This document shows, in pieces, positions 24,333-37,566 of a stretch of DNA of 64,000 nt; the stretch's first letter is position 1, and each line of letters starts with the position of its first letter. The stretch is taken from positions 102,052,001 through 102,116,000 of the forward strand of contig OX597820.1 in the NCBI GenBank assembly GCA_951406725.2. Direction: 5' to 3'. The notes under the pieces were generated by a model that saw nothing but the letters and a program-made list of their open reading frames with translations, was not told the DNA's origin and did not search any database. The DNA comes from Octopus vulgaris (taxonomy: Eukaryota). The position numbers and the translations under genes are program-made.

Positions 24333-24490
24333 ATAGGGAGAGTTTACGAAAAAAACCAAAAGATGAAGACAGGTGGTGTACAAAACAAACAGATGTATTA
24401 GTATAATGCTCAGGAATAGAAAAAGTCTTTTACATTTTGAGCCTATGCTCTTCTACAGAAAGGGACACAGAAAAACAAGGAGAGAAAAAA
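24333..24490 (-). repeat. Second, inverted copy of the 23525-23683 repeat
   Basis: AAACAGATGTATTAGT and GAGCCTATGCTCTTC are reverse complements of motifs in the first copy. Confidence 0.65.
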
Positions 24491-24667
24491 ATGTGTGTAG
24501 TGGCTAATGATCTATCATGGCGACTGACTATCTATCTATCTATCTATCTATATAGATAGATAGATATGCATATATATATATGTATAGACATACATATACA
24601 TATTATATATATATAACACACACATACACGCACACACAAACACATACACACACATGTATATATCTAT

Positions 24668-24730
<63 letters not shown>

Positions 24731-25394
24731 TGCATATATATATATGTACAGACATACATATACATATTATATATATAATACACACACATGCACACACACA
24801 CCCGCATACATACACACACATGTATATATCTGTATTGTATATAGACATATACTAGTGTGTAGCATGTTTACAGCACAAGTGATAAGATTTGGGAAAACAA
24901 TTCATGGTCGAGGTTTATTGTTTGAAGCTGTAAATTGAACAAATGATTTAGCAAGCTTTTAATGTTGAAAGCTTAATTAGACAATCTAATTGTGGTCTCA
25001 ACTCATACAATGATATGCATTGAGTAAATTTGCTATCATGCTTGCAGTTGAGTTGTAAATTAGAAGCTTAAAGTGTTATTATTGCCGCTTTAATCTGAAG
25101 TTTAATCTGAATTGGTTTAATTAGTTAAGTTGCTTGCGTGAATTGTTAGGAAAACATTACGTACATAATTGTTTATCTCTCTCTATTTTTCATTTGGTAA
25201 TGATAATGCTCAGTTTTGTTTTGTGTATTGTCTTTCTCTTCAAGCTCTGCTTAGTAATAACATTCTTTGCACGATACATGAGAGCCCTCACATGTCAGAG
25301 AAAAGTTAGCTCTCTGATTGTATAACCTTTTGACTCTACATGTGGATGATCTCGCCTCATATGTATGTTGTCCTTTGAATCAAAGCATGCTTCA

Positions 25395-25870
25395 TCCTGA
25401 ACACCTTACTTTCCTGGGCATGGACACATTGAAACTCAGACATCTGGCAGCTGACTTGGCAGACACCCATAAAATTATCAACCATCTTACAAACAATAAC
25501 TCTGAGCACCTTTTCGAACTCCACCTGTCCAACACCTGTGGACATATTTACAAAGTCAGGAAACTGCACAGCTCCCATGACTTTAGGAAACATTTTTTCA
25601 CGCTAAGAGTTGCTGAAGCATGGAACAAACTGCCGGCATCAGTTGTTAGTTGCCGGAGCCCTTCATCTTTCAAAACTTCCATGCTTCCCGAGATTCACCA
25701 ACACTACACCTGATTTCCTCCCCTCCATACACACACAAGCATGTATCTGACTCATACATTGTTCGCTTTCCAGACATTTGTACATTACTGCATATACTTT
25801 ATAAGCACTTTCTAACAAGTTGTGGTGCACCTGAGCACTGTATACAATAATTTCATTATTATTATTATTA
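25395..25870 (+). mobile_element. CR1-group LINE 3' end
   Basis: LGMDTLKLRHLAADL..TCGHIYKV..FFTLRVAEAWNKLP..FK, stop at 25713, 3' UTR and (ATT)n tail. Confidence 0.85.
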
Positions 25871-26043
25871 TATTATCATCACTTAATGTACATTGTCCAT
25901 GCTGGCATGGGTTAGACAGTTTGACAAAACCTGGCAGTATTTACTAATAATTAATTTATTTATAAGTACATAGATAATTATTTACCAATTTCATTTGTAA
26001 ATTTAAATTTTTGTCATATAGGTTAGTGTTTGTGTATACTCTT

Positions 26044-26126
26044 AAACATCTTTGGAATTATTTCTAAAACATCATTGGAATTATCATTGGAGTTATTTCC
26101 AAACATCACTGGAATTATTTCTAAAA
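26044..26126. repeat. Minisatellite, ~22-bp unit AAACATCATTGGAATTATTTCT, 3-4 copies
   Basis: Directly visible imperfect tandem. Confidence 0.8.
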
Positions 26127-26927
26127 CTGTTCAACACTAACAGAAATAGCGATCCTGTCTTTGGTGTTGAAACCACATAGATATATCTATTAGGCAGGTG
26201 ATGAGGGAAAATCACCAAGTATGTTGAACTGGATTTAGTTCTGTTACAACTCTACTTGTTACTGTTCACTGATACCTTTACTTATTTTATGCTTAGTTTT
26301 TAATATATATCATTAGGATTAAACAGATTTCTTAGGTTATTTCTGTTTGTTGGTAGGGTTAGTTATTGGGTTAAATATAATTATATAATGCTGGTGTCAT
26401 TATAAACTTTTGAGAGAACATGAAATAATTATGTTTTTTGTTTGGGAATAGTATATCTTAAAGGATATATATAACGCTATAAACAATAGTATGCAAAATA
26501 CTGAGTTGTAAAACCTTCCTTTTGGATAGAAAATGTTGAAGTCGACTTATGACATTTTCTATCCAAAAACAGGTTTTTTTCAAACCAATATTTGCATACT
26601 ATTGTTTATATCTTTGAGTGTGTACTTTCAGATATACTATTAAAAACAAACAAACAAACAAACAGAAAAATAGACATCTAATTTTTATTCATACATTTAT
26701 TGTGGGCAAACAGCTGTTATGAGGTAAATAAGAAGCACGTGTGTGTGTGTGTGTGTGTGAATGCACGTGTGTGTATTCATGTGTGTGTATGTGTATGTGG
26801 CATGTATGTGTATGTGTATGTATGCATATGTATGCGTGTGTGTGTGTGGGTGTATGTAATTATATAAATATATATAATGTGTACACACACACATAAATAT
26901 ATATATGCACACACTTACACACACATA

Positions 26928-26985
<58 letters not shown>

Positions 26986-27042
26986 TACAGAAAGCAAAAG
27001 AGAGAAAGAAGAAAAAGAGAGGTGAAGAGAAAGAAAGAGAGA

Positions 27043-27104
<62 letters not shown>

Positions 27105-27449
27105 GAGAGAGATAAAGCAGTATGTATATATATATGTCCAGACAAAGATTCTAGAGTGGGACTCGTTCACAAACTCCTTGACATGAGTCTATCAAATCAT
27201 GCCACTTGCACTCATGGAGTAGGCATGCTTATCATCACATCATTCAGGGTTTCTTAAATCTAAAGATAAAAATATTTTTATCTGCTCCAACAAACTTTTT
27301 TACTTTAACACGAAGAACTCATGTCAGATATGCAGCTTGTTCAGGAACTTAACTTAAACATAGGCAATGTATATATGTATATACATACGCTTATATATAT
27401 ATTTATAATAAGTGTAGGTGGCATATGAGTAGGTATATATTTATAAAAA

Positions 27450-27928
27450 AAAGAAGTTTGAAAACGCCACTATATAAGATAAATTTTAAGTTTCTTAGAG
27501 ATTTTACATGTTTCGGTTCTTCTAGAAAAAACGAACCTTATCAAAAATATTTTTAAAAGTTAAGTGTAATAAAAAACTTCATAATTGTTTCTAATTAGTC
27601 TCAACAGAGTCCACGTGGTGATGTTTTGTGGGTGGGGAGCATAATAGCACAAACACTAACCTATATGATTGCTATTTCGGCCGCTGGTCATTTTCACAAT
27701 TACAGCCAACGAATCTAGTCAACGCACAAGACAGCCATTATGTCCCCACCCCTACAAAACACCACCATGTGAACTCTGTTGAGATTATTAAGAAACAATT
27801 ATGAACTTTTTTATTACACTTTTAAAAATATTTTTGATAAGGTGCATTTTTTCAAGAAGAACCAAAACATGTAAAATCTCTAAGAAAATAAAAATTTTTC
27901 TTATATAGTGGCGTTTTCAAACTTCTTT
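27450..27928. repeat. Fold-back element: ~195-bp imperfect inverted arms with ~90-bp spacer
   Basis: AAAGAAGTTTGAAAACGCCACTATATAAG.. pairs with ..CTTATATAGTGGCGTTTTCAAACTTCTTT; arms 27450-27645 and 27737-27928. Confidence 0.9.
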
Positions 27929-27930
27929 GT

Positions 27931-28918
27931 TATGACTGCTGAGGATATGCGTAAGCTCGCTAGAAATGAAGCCAGTATGCTCCGATGGATGTGTAATGCC
28001 GGTACTCACACTCGGCAGAGTGTAAGTACCTTGAGAGAAAAGCTGGACCTAAGAAGCATCAGTTGTGGTGTGCAAGAGAGACGTTTGCGCTGGTATGGTC
28101 ATGTGGCGAGAATGGATGAAGATAGTTGTGTGAAAAAGTGCCACACCCTAGCGGTTGAGGGAACCTGTGGAAGAGGCAGACCCAGGAAAACCTGGGACGA
28201 GGTGGTGAAGCACGACCTTCGAACTTTAGGTCTCACTGAAGAAATGACTAGAGACCGAGACCTCTGGAAGTGTGCTGTGCGCGAGAAGACCCGGCAGGAC
28301 AAGTGAGTCCATAACCCGTGGCCTTCTACATGGGATGGAGCCGGCCTACGTATGCATACCTTCCCTTCTTGGGACACAAAACTCTACTTGTGAAGACGTG
28401 TTGAGGCAAGTGAGGATCAGAATCGAAATCGATCAATGGAAATTGCGGATGTGCTACCAGTGCCGGTGGCATGTCAAAACTCTGCTAGTGAAGACCCGTT
28501 GAGGCAAGTGAGGATCAGAATCGAAATCGATCAATGGAAATCGATCAATGGAAATTGCAGATGTGTTACCAGTGCCAGTGGCATGTAAGAGAACTTTCCG
28601 TTTCGCGACCGTTGCCAGCACCGCCCCGTTTCGTGTCCGTTGCCAGCCTCGCCTGGCCCTCGTGCCGGTGGCACATAAAAAGCACCATCCGTTCATGGCC
28701 GTTTGCCAGCTCTGTCTGGCACCAGTGCGGGTGGCACGTAAAAAGCACCCACTACATTCACGGAGTGGTTGGCGTTAGGAAGGGCATCCAGCCGTAGAAA
28801 CACTGCCAGATTTGACTGGGCCTGATGAAGCCTTCTGGCTTCACAGACCCCAGTAGAACCGTCCAACCCATGCTAGCATGGAAAACGGACGCTAAACGAT
28901 GATGATGATGATGATGAT
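27931..28918 (+). mobile_element. 5'-truncated RTE LINE (C-terminal ORF, 3' UTR, GAT tail)
   Basis: MTAEDMRKLARNEASMLRWMC..RLRWYGHV..GRGRPRKTW..DRDLWK open to stop at 28306; near-identical to about 13236-14057. Confidence 0.92.
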
Positions 28919-28966
28919 ATATATATAGGTGAGAAAGTTGGTGTGTGAAAGCACGTGGTTGAATAT

Positions 28967-29120
28967 ATAGAAAATAGTAAAAAGTGAAAAAACTACAGAA
29001 GGCTTGTTTTAAAAGGTTAAAAAATTTATAACATTCTTCAGACATAATGACTCAAATATATATTTTTTAACCTTTTAAAACAAGCCTTCTGTAGTTTTTT
29101 CACTTTTTACTATTTTCTAT
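28967..29120. repeat. Perfect 59-bp inverted repeat with 36-nt spacer
   Basis: 28967-29025 is the exact reverse complement of 29062-29120. Confidence 0.92.
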
Positions 29121-29821
29121 GATATATATATATACTATATACAAATACACACACACGCACACACACACATACACACACACACACACACACATACACACAC
29201 ACACACATATATTATATGATATATTGTTGCTGGTACAATAAAGTGCTATAAAGTACTCAGAGTACAATCTCTAAAGTAATTCTTGATAGGAAGATATTTC
29301 AACTGTTGAAAATTCGTTAAAATTCTAATTTACATGTGTGATGCAAACCTTATGACTTTCATCACAGTGTACATCCCTAAGTGGTGACAAATATATAATA
29401 AGAGCGATATATGATGGGAGTACCGTTCAGTACTCTACACATAGTACAATCTTTACTACTCATGACATGACAAAATAGATGTTACTCATACGCAGCTCCA
29501 AAGTGGGTTGCTTTTTCAAGTGCTGTGTGTGCAACATGACGCAAACTTGGATGACCAGTCCATCCCTTACAAGAATTGAAAAAACATATATATATAATTA
29601 TTAGGAAAACAGTATACTATTAAGGTTGCAAGCTGGCAGAATCATTAGCATGCTGGGCAAAATGCTTAATGGCATTTTGTCCATCTCTACATTCTGAGTT
29701 CAAATACTACTGAAGTTGCCTTCGTCTTTCATCCTTTTGGGAGTTAATAAAATAAGTACTAGTTGAGTGCTGGGGCGGTTGATGTAATTTACTTGACAAC
29801 AACCACTGAAATTGCTGGCCT

Positions 29822-30232
29822 TACTCTTTACTCTTTTACTTGTTTCAGTCATTTGACTGTGGCCATGCTGGAGCACTGCCTTTAGTCAAGCAACTCGACC
29901 CCGGTACTTATTTTTTTGTAAGCCCAGTACTTATTCTATTGGTCTCTTTTTGCCGAACCACTAAGTAACGTGGACATAAACACACCAGCATCGGTTGTCA
30001 AGCAATGCTAGGGGGACAAACACAGACACACAAACACACACAGGCATATATATATATATATACATATATACGACAGGCTTCTTTCAGTTTCCGTCTACCA
30101 AATCCACTCACAAGGCTTTGGTCGGCCCGAGGCTATAGTAGAAGACACTTGCCCGAGGTGCCACGCAGTGGGACTGAACCCGAAACCATGTGGTTGGCAA
30201 ACAAGCTACTTACCACACAGCCACTCCTGCGC
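29822..30232 (-). mobile_element. SINE family A, inserted in an old family B SINE starting about 29625
   Basis: Full family A copy; the family B tail GCTGGCC..CTGTGCCAAAATTTGAA is split by it. Confidence 0.85.
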
Positions 30233-30647
30233 CCTGTGCCAAAATTTGAAGTTAGCTATACACTTTGGACAGCCAATAAGAAAACCTTTACAAGGTTGCT
30301 TGAACTGTCAGAATTAAGATCAAATTACTCATAATTCACGAGGGTGCATGGCCTAGTGTTTAGGGCGTTGCACTCACAAGTGCAAGAGCATGGTTTTGAT
30401 TCTCAGACTGAGTGGTGCATTGTGTTCATGTTGCTCTGCAATCCCTTTGATGTCTGACATATGGCACTTCATGCACCTGTACAGGTAATGTTGATTTGAT
30501 GGAAAGAGAGAACTTATGCACAGCACAAACATTTTATCACTATCTAAGGTGGCAAGCTGGCAGAAACGTTAGAAATTCATGAATGGATGTTGTTTTCACA
30601 GAGATAATGCTCTTCTCAGTACATGAGTCGTTCCAGTTAAAACGATT

Positions 30648-30661
30648 TATTATTATTATTA

Positions 30662-30723
<62 letters not shown>
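30648..30723. repeat. (ATT)n microsatellite
   Basis: Directly visible. Confidence 0.95.
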
Positions 30724-30724
<1 letters not shown>

Positions 30725-31142
30725 CATTTTTTTAAGGGCTGTGTATCATTAGAGAACCAGACAAAATACTTTGTGATATATAGTTATGTCCCTTAATATT
30801 GGAAGTTCAACTCCCACAGTAACTGGCTTGACATAGACGACTATACATACCCTCCACTGTAAAGTTAAATGTGTAATCTTTTGCTTACATCATTTTAAAT
30901 GTTAAATAAGGTAGCAAGCTTCAGAAGTGTTTGTACGTTGGTCAAAATGTTGAGCAGCATCTCTTCTTTAAGTTCTCACTTCAAATCTGCCATGGTCAAC
31001 TTTGCCTCTCATTCTTTCAGAGCCAATAAAAATAAAGTAGCAGTCAAGTACCATGGTCAGTGTAATTGACTCACTACTGCCCCAAAAACTGTTGGCCTTT
31101 GGCTAAAGTCAGAAAGAATCATTTTAATATTAAACATCATTA

Positions 31143-31558
31143 AGGTGGTGAACTGGCAGTATCGTTAGCACACCGGGTGAAATGCTTAGCGGTATTTCCT
31201 CTGCTGTTATGTTCTGAGTTCAAATTCCGCCGAGGTTGGCTTTGCCTTTCATCCTTTCGAGGTCGATTAAATAAGTACCAGTTACGCACTGGGGTCGATA
31301 TAATCGACTTAATCCATTTGTCTGTCCTTGTTTGTCCTCTCTGTTTTTAGCCCTTTGTGGGTAGTAAAGAAATAGGTATTTCATCTGCTGTTATGTTCTG
31401 AGTTCAAATTCCGCCGAGGTTGGCTTTGCCTTTCATCCTTTCAAGGTTGATAAATTAAGTACCAGTTACACACTGGGGCCGATGTAATCGACTTAATCCC
31501 TTTGTCTGTCCTTGTTTGTCCCCTCTATGTTTAGCCCCTTGTGGGCAATAAAGAAATA
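31143..31558 (+). mobile_element. SINE family B with tandem duplication of its 3' ~185 bp
   Basis: GGTATTTC..AAGAAATA occurs twice in tandem (about 31191-31375 and 31376-31558). Confidence 0.85.
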
Positions 31559-33657
31559 ACAAACATTTTATCACTATAAACAAGACTTGAAAGACTACAA
31601 ACAACAACTCTTAAGTCATACTTACCATTTAAAAACAAATGGCGTATTCAAGGCAGTGAGATAGTAGAATTGTTAGCACACTGGGTAATGTGCAAAAATG
31701 AGTAGTACCTGTATTTCAAAGGGCCAACCTTTTCACACTCTATCACGCTGAAGCTCCCTGAAAACTAGGTTAAAGGTACACTCTGTGGAGTGTTCAGCCA
31801 CTTGCACATTAATTTCATTGGGAAGCTGTTACATTGATTGTATCCGACAGACTCCTCCTCCTCCTCCTCCTTCTTCATCATCACACCAGGTAAAATACTT
31901 AGCAGAATTTCATCCAGCTTTGTGTTCTGAGTTAAAATTCTGCTGAAGTCGACTTTACCTTTCATCCTTCCGGGGTCGATAAAATATGCACCACTGGGAG
32001 TTGGTGTAATCAACTTAGCCCCCTCCCCTAAACCTGCTGGCCTTGTACCAAAATTTGAAACCAATAATATAGTATTCAATATGTGATAGTAAAGATTCAT
32101 GGTCTAGTGGTTAGGATATTTACCTTACTATTATAATGTTACAGGTTCAATTCCAGAACTGATTGTGCATTGTGTTTTGAGTAAGGCTCTTCAATCTATG
32201 CAATTCTAAGCTGCTTCAGCCTACTTTTTTGTAAGTGAAAACCAGCAGAGTACTGATACAGCTCTCTCTTTCCTTCCACTGGGTCAAGGATTGTGAGAGT
32301 TGAGAGGGTATCTGTATGGTTGTGAACCTTATTGGTACCTAAAACAATTACTGAAAATATGGGGCATGTTAGCAAGCCATGCTTGTTTGCAAGTGATGGC
32401 TGTTATTAACAATTGATAGCTGAAAAATATAACTGATCATGATATTGCTGGAATGCTTTTCTTTATAAACCACCTCAGTTAAGGCTGTCCTGGGGCTAAA
32501 CAGCAATGACTACAAAAACAACAGAATAACAAACATTGTTATTGTTCACTTTAACCTATAAAATTTGACCCCGTGTTGAATTCTGCCCCAAATTCCACCC
32601 ACTCCACATAAAAAAAAAAGAAAAAAATTGAAGAAAATCAATTTATTTATGCATCATAAACGAAAAATAGCATATAAATATAATATTCTGAGATATCAAC
32701 ATGACTAACCAGTTGTATAGAAAGTAGCTCAAAGCAAACCCTATATATTCCATTGTCTATTGTTTAGCTATGAGAAATAGTATATATTTGGAGAGAAATG
32801 GAAGAGAGAGAGAGAGGAGAATGGAATTTTCTTAAGATGAAGTAGAAAACTATAAGTTTAATGTTTACAGAAACTACAATTTTTTTGCAAATTTTATCTA
32901 TCTTTTTGATGATAGGACTGTATGACTGGAAGCAGTTCCCACACTATCAAAAATTCTTCTGCTCAAGGGAGATAAGTCATGTTTTCTGTTACAGTACCTA
33001 ATAATTTTTTTGAAATATTTTCTGGCAAATATAGGGCAGGGAATTCACAGGAATGTTAAAATTCAATAACAAATCCTTTGAAGTATTTATTCTTGCTTTT
33101 CTATGTTTTTAGTTAAAAAAATCTAGCAAATGGCAACTTAATTTTCCTTACCTGCACTCATATGTACCACTAACAATACATGTAATATCATAAGGAGAAC
33201 CAGATGACTACACCTCTGTTCTTGTCATCTCTGAAAAGAAAATGGTATTCTACTTCAGGAAGGAACCATTTTGTTGTTGATTAACCCTAGATCCGCTATG
33301 GAGTGATCAATGGGGTTCAGGCTGTGACTAACATGTCTTTCTTTCTTAAGATAGCAGTGTATCATTTAATGGAAATGTGGCTGTTATTTCTAGCATATAG
33401 TAGCTCCTTCATTGGCTTGCAGAAATTAATATTTGGTAACAGGGTGTTCAAGAGAGAAGAACACCTGATGAGATGCTTCTTTGTTGTTGTCTGAGCTGAG
33501 CCAATGCTCAAAGACATTCGGACATATTCATTTTGTTATTTTAGAATATCTGAGACTTCATTGTTGAACATGTCTTACCATTTATTTTTGAAAATAGTAG
33601 GGTGTGATCTGAGGGAGATTTAGCTGTCATTTCTTGCATCTAAGTGATCATGTAAAT

Positions 33658-34082
33658 CAGGGGTTCTCGACCACTTTTTATCTATGGGCCCCTTTGATTA
33701 TTATTTTATTCTGGTGGACCCCCATAGCCATTCAATGTTTAAAAACTAGTTTTATAGATACTTCTTTGAAAATTCTTATTTTGTTTTTCACCATTCACTT
33801 GGGTAGATTTGCAACAGTACTGTCTGAGAGAACATACTTCAGAAGCCAGAAACATTTTGTTTTTTACAAGTTAGCTTGTGTAGGTTGAACTATGTAAAAT
33901 GTTAGAGAAAGAAACCTAGGTGTTTCTTGAAATACACACCAATACATACACCTAAGACCAAATTTTTTTTAGGGGCCCTTAAAATACTATTATGAACCTA
34001 CAATTTACTGTTTTATTGTGTGGACCCCAAAAATCTTTAATGACCCATTGAGGGCCACATGGACCCTGTTTGAGAACCACTG
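33658..34082. mobile_element. hAT (Charlie-like) MITE
   Basis: TIRs CAGGGGTTCTCGA / TTGAGAACCACTG; 8-bp flanks ATGTAAAT / ATGTTGAT (6 of 8 match). Confidence 0.75.
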
Positions 34083-34153
34083 ATGTTGATGATACTGCAG
34101 TAGCATAAGATCTTTTTATTTAACTATTTAGCATTCAGATTATTCTGTCAAAG

Positions 34154-34585
34154 TCATCATCATCATCATCGTTTAGCATCTGCTTTCCATGCTAGCATGG
34201 GTTGGACAGTTCAACTGGGGTCTGGGAAGCCAGAAGGCTGCACCAGGCCCAGTCTGATCTGGCAATGTTTCTATGGCTGGATGCCCTTCCTAACGCCAAC
34301 CACTCCATGAGTGTAGTGGGTGCTTTTTACGTGCCACATGAGTCTGGCAAACGACCACAAACGGATGGTGCTTTTTATGTGCCACCGGCACAGGGGCCAG
34401 GTGGGGCTGGCAACGGCCATGAATGGATGGTGCTTTTTACGTGCCACCGGCACGAGGCCAGTCGGGGCGGCACTGGCAACGGCCACATTCGGATGGTTCT
34501 CTTACGTGCCACCGGCACTGGTATCTCAGCTGCAATTTCCATTGATCGATTTCAATTCTGATTCTCACTTGCCTCAACAGGTCTT
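34154..34585 (-). mobile_element. RTE LINE 3' tail
   Basis: (CAT)n followed by reverse complement of the RTE 3' UTR. Confidence 0.85.
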
Positions 34586-34879
34586 CATTCACATTGACCT
34601 GCTTCTTCTCAGTTCAAGGATTTGGGCAAAGTTGAGGCCAACATTTACTCCTCTAAATGGAAACCTTACCTGTCATTGTGGTTTTGTGGCACAACACACA
34701 TGTATGTTACCATTTATATTTAATCATGGCCATACACCTCCATACTTCCATGAAGGAAATGTATGGATATTATCACTCATATTCTCCCTTCTGATGAAAA
34801 TTTCTAGCTTCAAATTCAGTGAAGAAAGCTAGTCATGTCAAGCCTCTTTAGTAGAAAAATAAAAATAAATTCACTCTTT

Positions 34880-35115
34880 TAAAGCCTAGCCAGGCTTATG
34901 GGCCCGGTTTCTCAGTTTCAATGGTGTATGTGTTCCGCAGCTGGGCGGGACGCCAGTCCATCACAGCATTACTCATTTTTGCCAGCTGAGTGAACTGGAG
35001 CAACATGAAATGAAGTGTTTTGCTCAAGAGCACAATGCATCGCCTGGTCCAGGAATCGAAACCACAATCTTACGATCATGATGCTGACACCCTAACCACT
35101 AAGTCACGTGCCTCC
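34880..35115 (-). mobile_element. tRNA-derived SINE (family C-like)
   Basis: Reverse complement TGACTTAGTGGTTAGGG..GTTTCGATTCC..TCTTGAGCAAAACACTT. Confidence 0.7.
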
Positions 35116-35629
35116 TCTCTTTAGTATACTCTTCTGTAAATATTATGAGAGAGCTTTATTTTTTAGCAAGCTACATCAGTTGATAGATTTGTTTCTTGGT
35201 GATAGAAAAATATATAAATTGTGAAAAGCATCACACTGTGTTTATAACATGTTTAACATAACAATTTATTTAAAAAAATGGTTTAAATGTTTTGATTTGT
35301 TGGAAATAAACAGATTCTTGTTTTGAAATATATTTTATTATGAAAGGCCAAAAAATATGTAGAAACAAAATGGAAAACCAGCCAAGTGCATATAGTACTG
35401 AATTAGTGATTATGTGTCAACAAGGCTGTCTCTAAATGATTGACCAGAATGCTAGATATAGCAGCTAAGTCTCCCTTAAATCACACCTTATTGTCTTAAA
35501 AAAAAAACACACTGAATAATTTGGGTCTGAGTTTCTGGTACATAAAGAATAGACAGAAGAGTCATGACTGGAATGTCTTTAATCAAAGGTTTGCATGATC
35601 AAGGCCAACAACAAGGGAAAAACTAGTGC

Positions 35630-36116
35630 TTAACCTCTTAGTATTCAGATTACTCTGTCAAATGAAATGCTTATTTATTCATCATCATCATCATCATCAT
35701 CATCATTTAATGTCTGCTTTCCATGCTGGCATAGGTTGGACGGTTTGACTGAGGACTGGCAAGCTAGGAGGCTGCATCAGGCTCCAACCTGAGCTGGCAA
35801 GGTTTCTACAGCTGGATGCCCTTCCTAACACCAGTCACTCTGAGAGTGTAGTGGGTGCTTTTTACATGCCACTGGCACAGGGGCCAGTCTGGTTGCACTG
35901 GCATCGACCACGATCATATGGTATTTTTTTACGTGCCACCGGCATGGGGACTATTGTTTTGAATTAATCACAGCTCATCTTGTAGCTTTGAGATCACAAT
36001 CATGAAAGCGCTCATTTTTGGAATGGCATTGTAAGGTAGGTGTGAGAGGTTAGATCTACCCAGTTTGAACATAAAATAGGTAGAGTATTTAAGCTGTATA
36101 TGGTCTAAAGGATTAA
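35630..36116. mobile_element. piggyBac-like MITE with RTE 3' tail inserted (about 35680-35950)
   Basis: TTAACCTCTTAGTATT ... CTAAAGGATTAA ends; body similar to 62985-63212. Confidence 0.6.
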
Positions 36117-36709
36117 TGCACCCTGAGATGGGTATGAGGCACTTTAGTACAGCCATTTTAGCACTGTTTGTGTGGTATCACTGATTCAATGCCAACTTAA
36201 TTGACATCAGACATTTTAATGTTTCTCTTGTTCTTTTCCTCCCTCCATCTCTCAATCCCTTCTCTCTCTTTATCTATACGAGTTATGCATGTATGTGCAA
36301 TATGTCTCTATCTTCCTCATCCCTCTCTCTCTTACTCTCTGTTTATGTGTGTGAGCATGTAGTTATGTTTGTACCCCCCCTCCTCCTCCTCATCGTCGTC
36401 GTCGTCGTCGTCATCATCATCATCATCATAATAATTTAATGTCTGTTTTCTATACAGGCATGGGTTGGATGATTTGACAGGGTCTGGCAAGGCCAGGGAC
36501 CGCACCAGGTTCCAAAGTCTGTTTTGGTTTGGTTTCTACAGCTGGAGGCCCTTCCTAATGCCAACCACTTCAGAGAGTGTACTGGGTGCTTTATACATGG
36601 TACCATCACCAGTGCTTTTTATGTGGCACCAACACCCACACCAATGCTTTTTATGTATGTATATGTAATGTCTCTCTCACTCTCTCTACCTGTACATTTA
36701 TATTTCTGA

Positions 36710-36942
36710 GGGCGGCGAGCTGGCAGAAACATTAGCGCGCCGGGCGAAATGCTTAGAGGTATTTCGTCTGTCGCTATGTTCTGAGTTCAAATTCTGCTGA
36801 GGTCGTCTTTGCCTTTCATCCTTTCGAGGTCAATAAATAAAGTACCAGTTTTGCATTGGGATTGATGTAATCGACTTAATCCCTTTGTCTGTCCTTGTTT
36901 GTCCCCTCTATGTTTAGCCCTTTGTGGGTAGTAAAGAAATAT
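36710..36942 (+). mobile_element. SINE family B
   Basis: Matches family B along its full length. Confidence 0.85.
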
Positions 36943-37566
36943 ATATATTTCTTTGTGTATGTGTGTGCGTGTTTTCATCCAGAGCTAACATACTATTATC
37001 AAAACAAGTTGAATGTCCTGTCAGAACTGCTAAATTGAACCTCATCCACACAGTGATACTCAATCATCTCTTTCCATTGAAAGAATATTTGTCATGCCTT
37101 TCTCAGGGAAAATAATAATAATAATAATTGCCTTTCACTCAGGTCCATTACTAATCATTTCAAGAGCTCCTATTTCTACAATCATCATCATCATCATCAT
37201 CCATTTTCCATGCTGGTGGGTTGGATGGTTTAACAGGAGCTAGCTTGCTGAGAAGCTGCCCAGGCCCCATCCCTGCTTTGGCATGGTTTCTATGGCTGGA
37301 TGCCCTTCCTAATGCCAACCGCTTTACAATGTGTACTGGGTGCTTTTATGTGGTACTGGTGTCAGTACTTTTTACATGACACCAGCATGCATGAGCTCAC
37401 AAGATTAGGATCATCCATCTGAAGAAGGATGTAGGGGACACGTCTGTGTGCAAAGGACAACCACGATTTTGCTTAGCTTGATGTGTCTTCTTCAGTACAG
37501 CAAACCACCAGAAATCTTGGTCCCTTGTCATCCACAAAGTAATTGTAAAATGGTTAAGAACATTAA

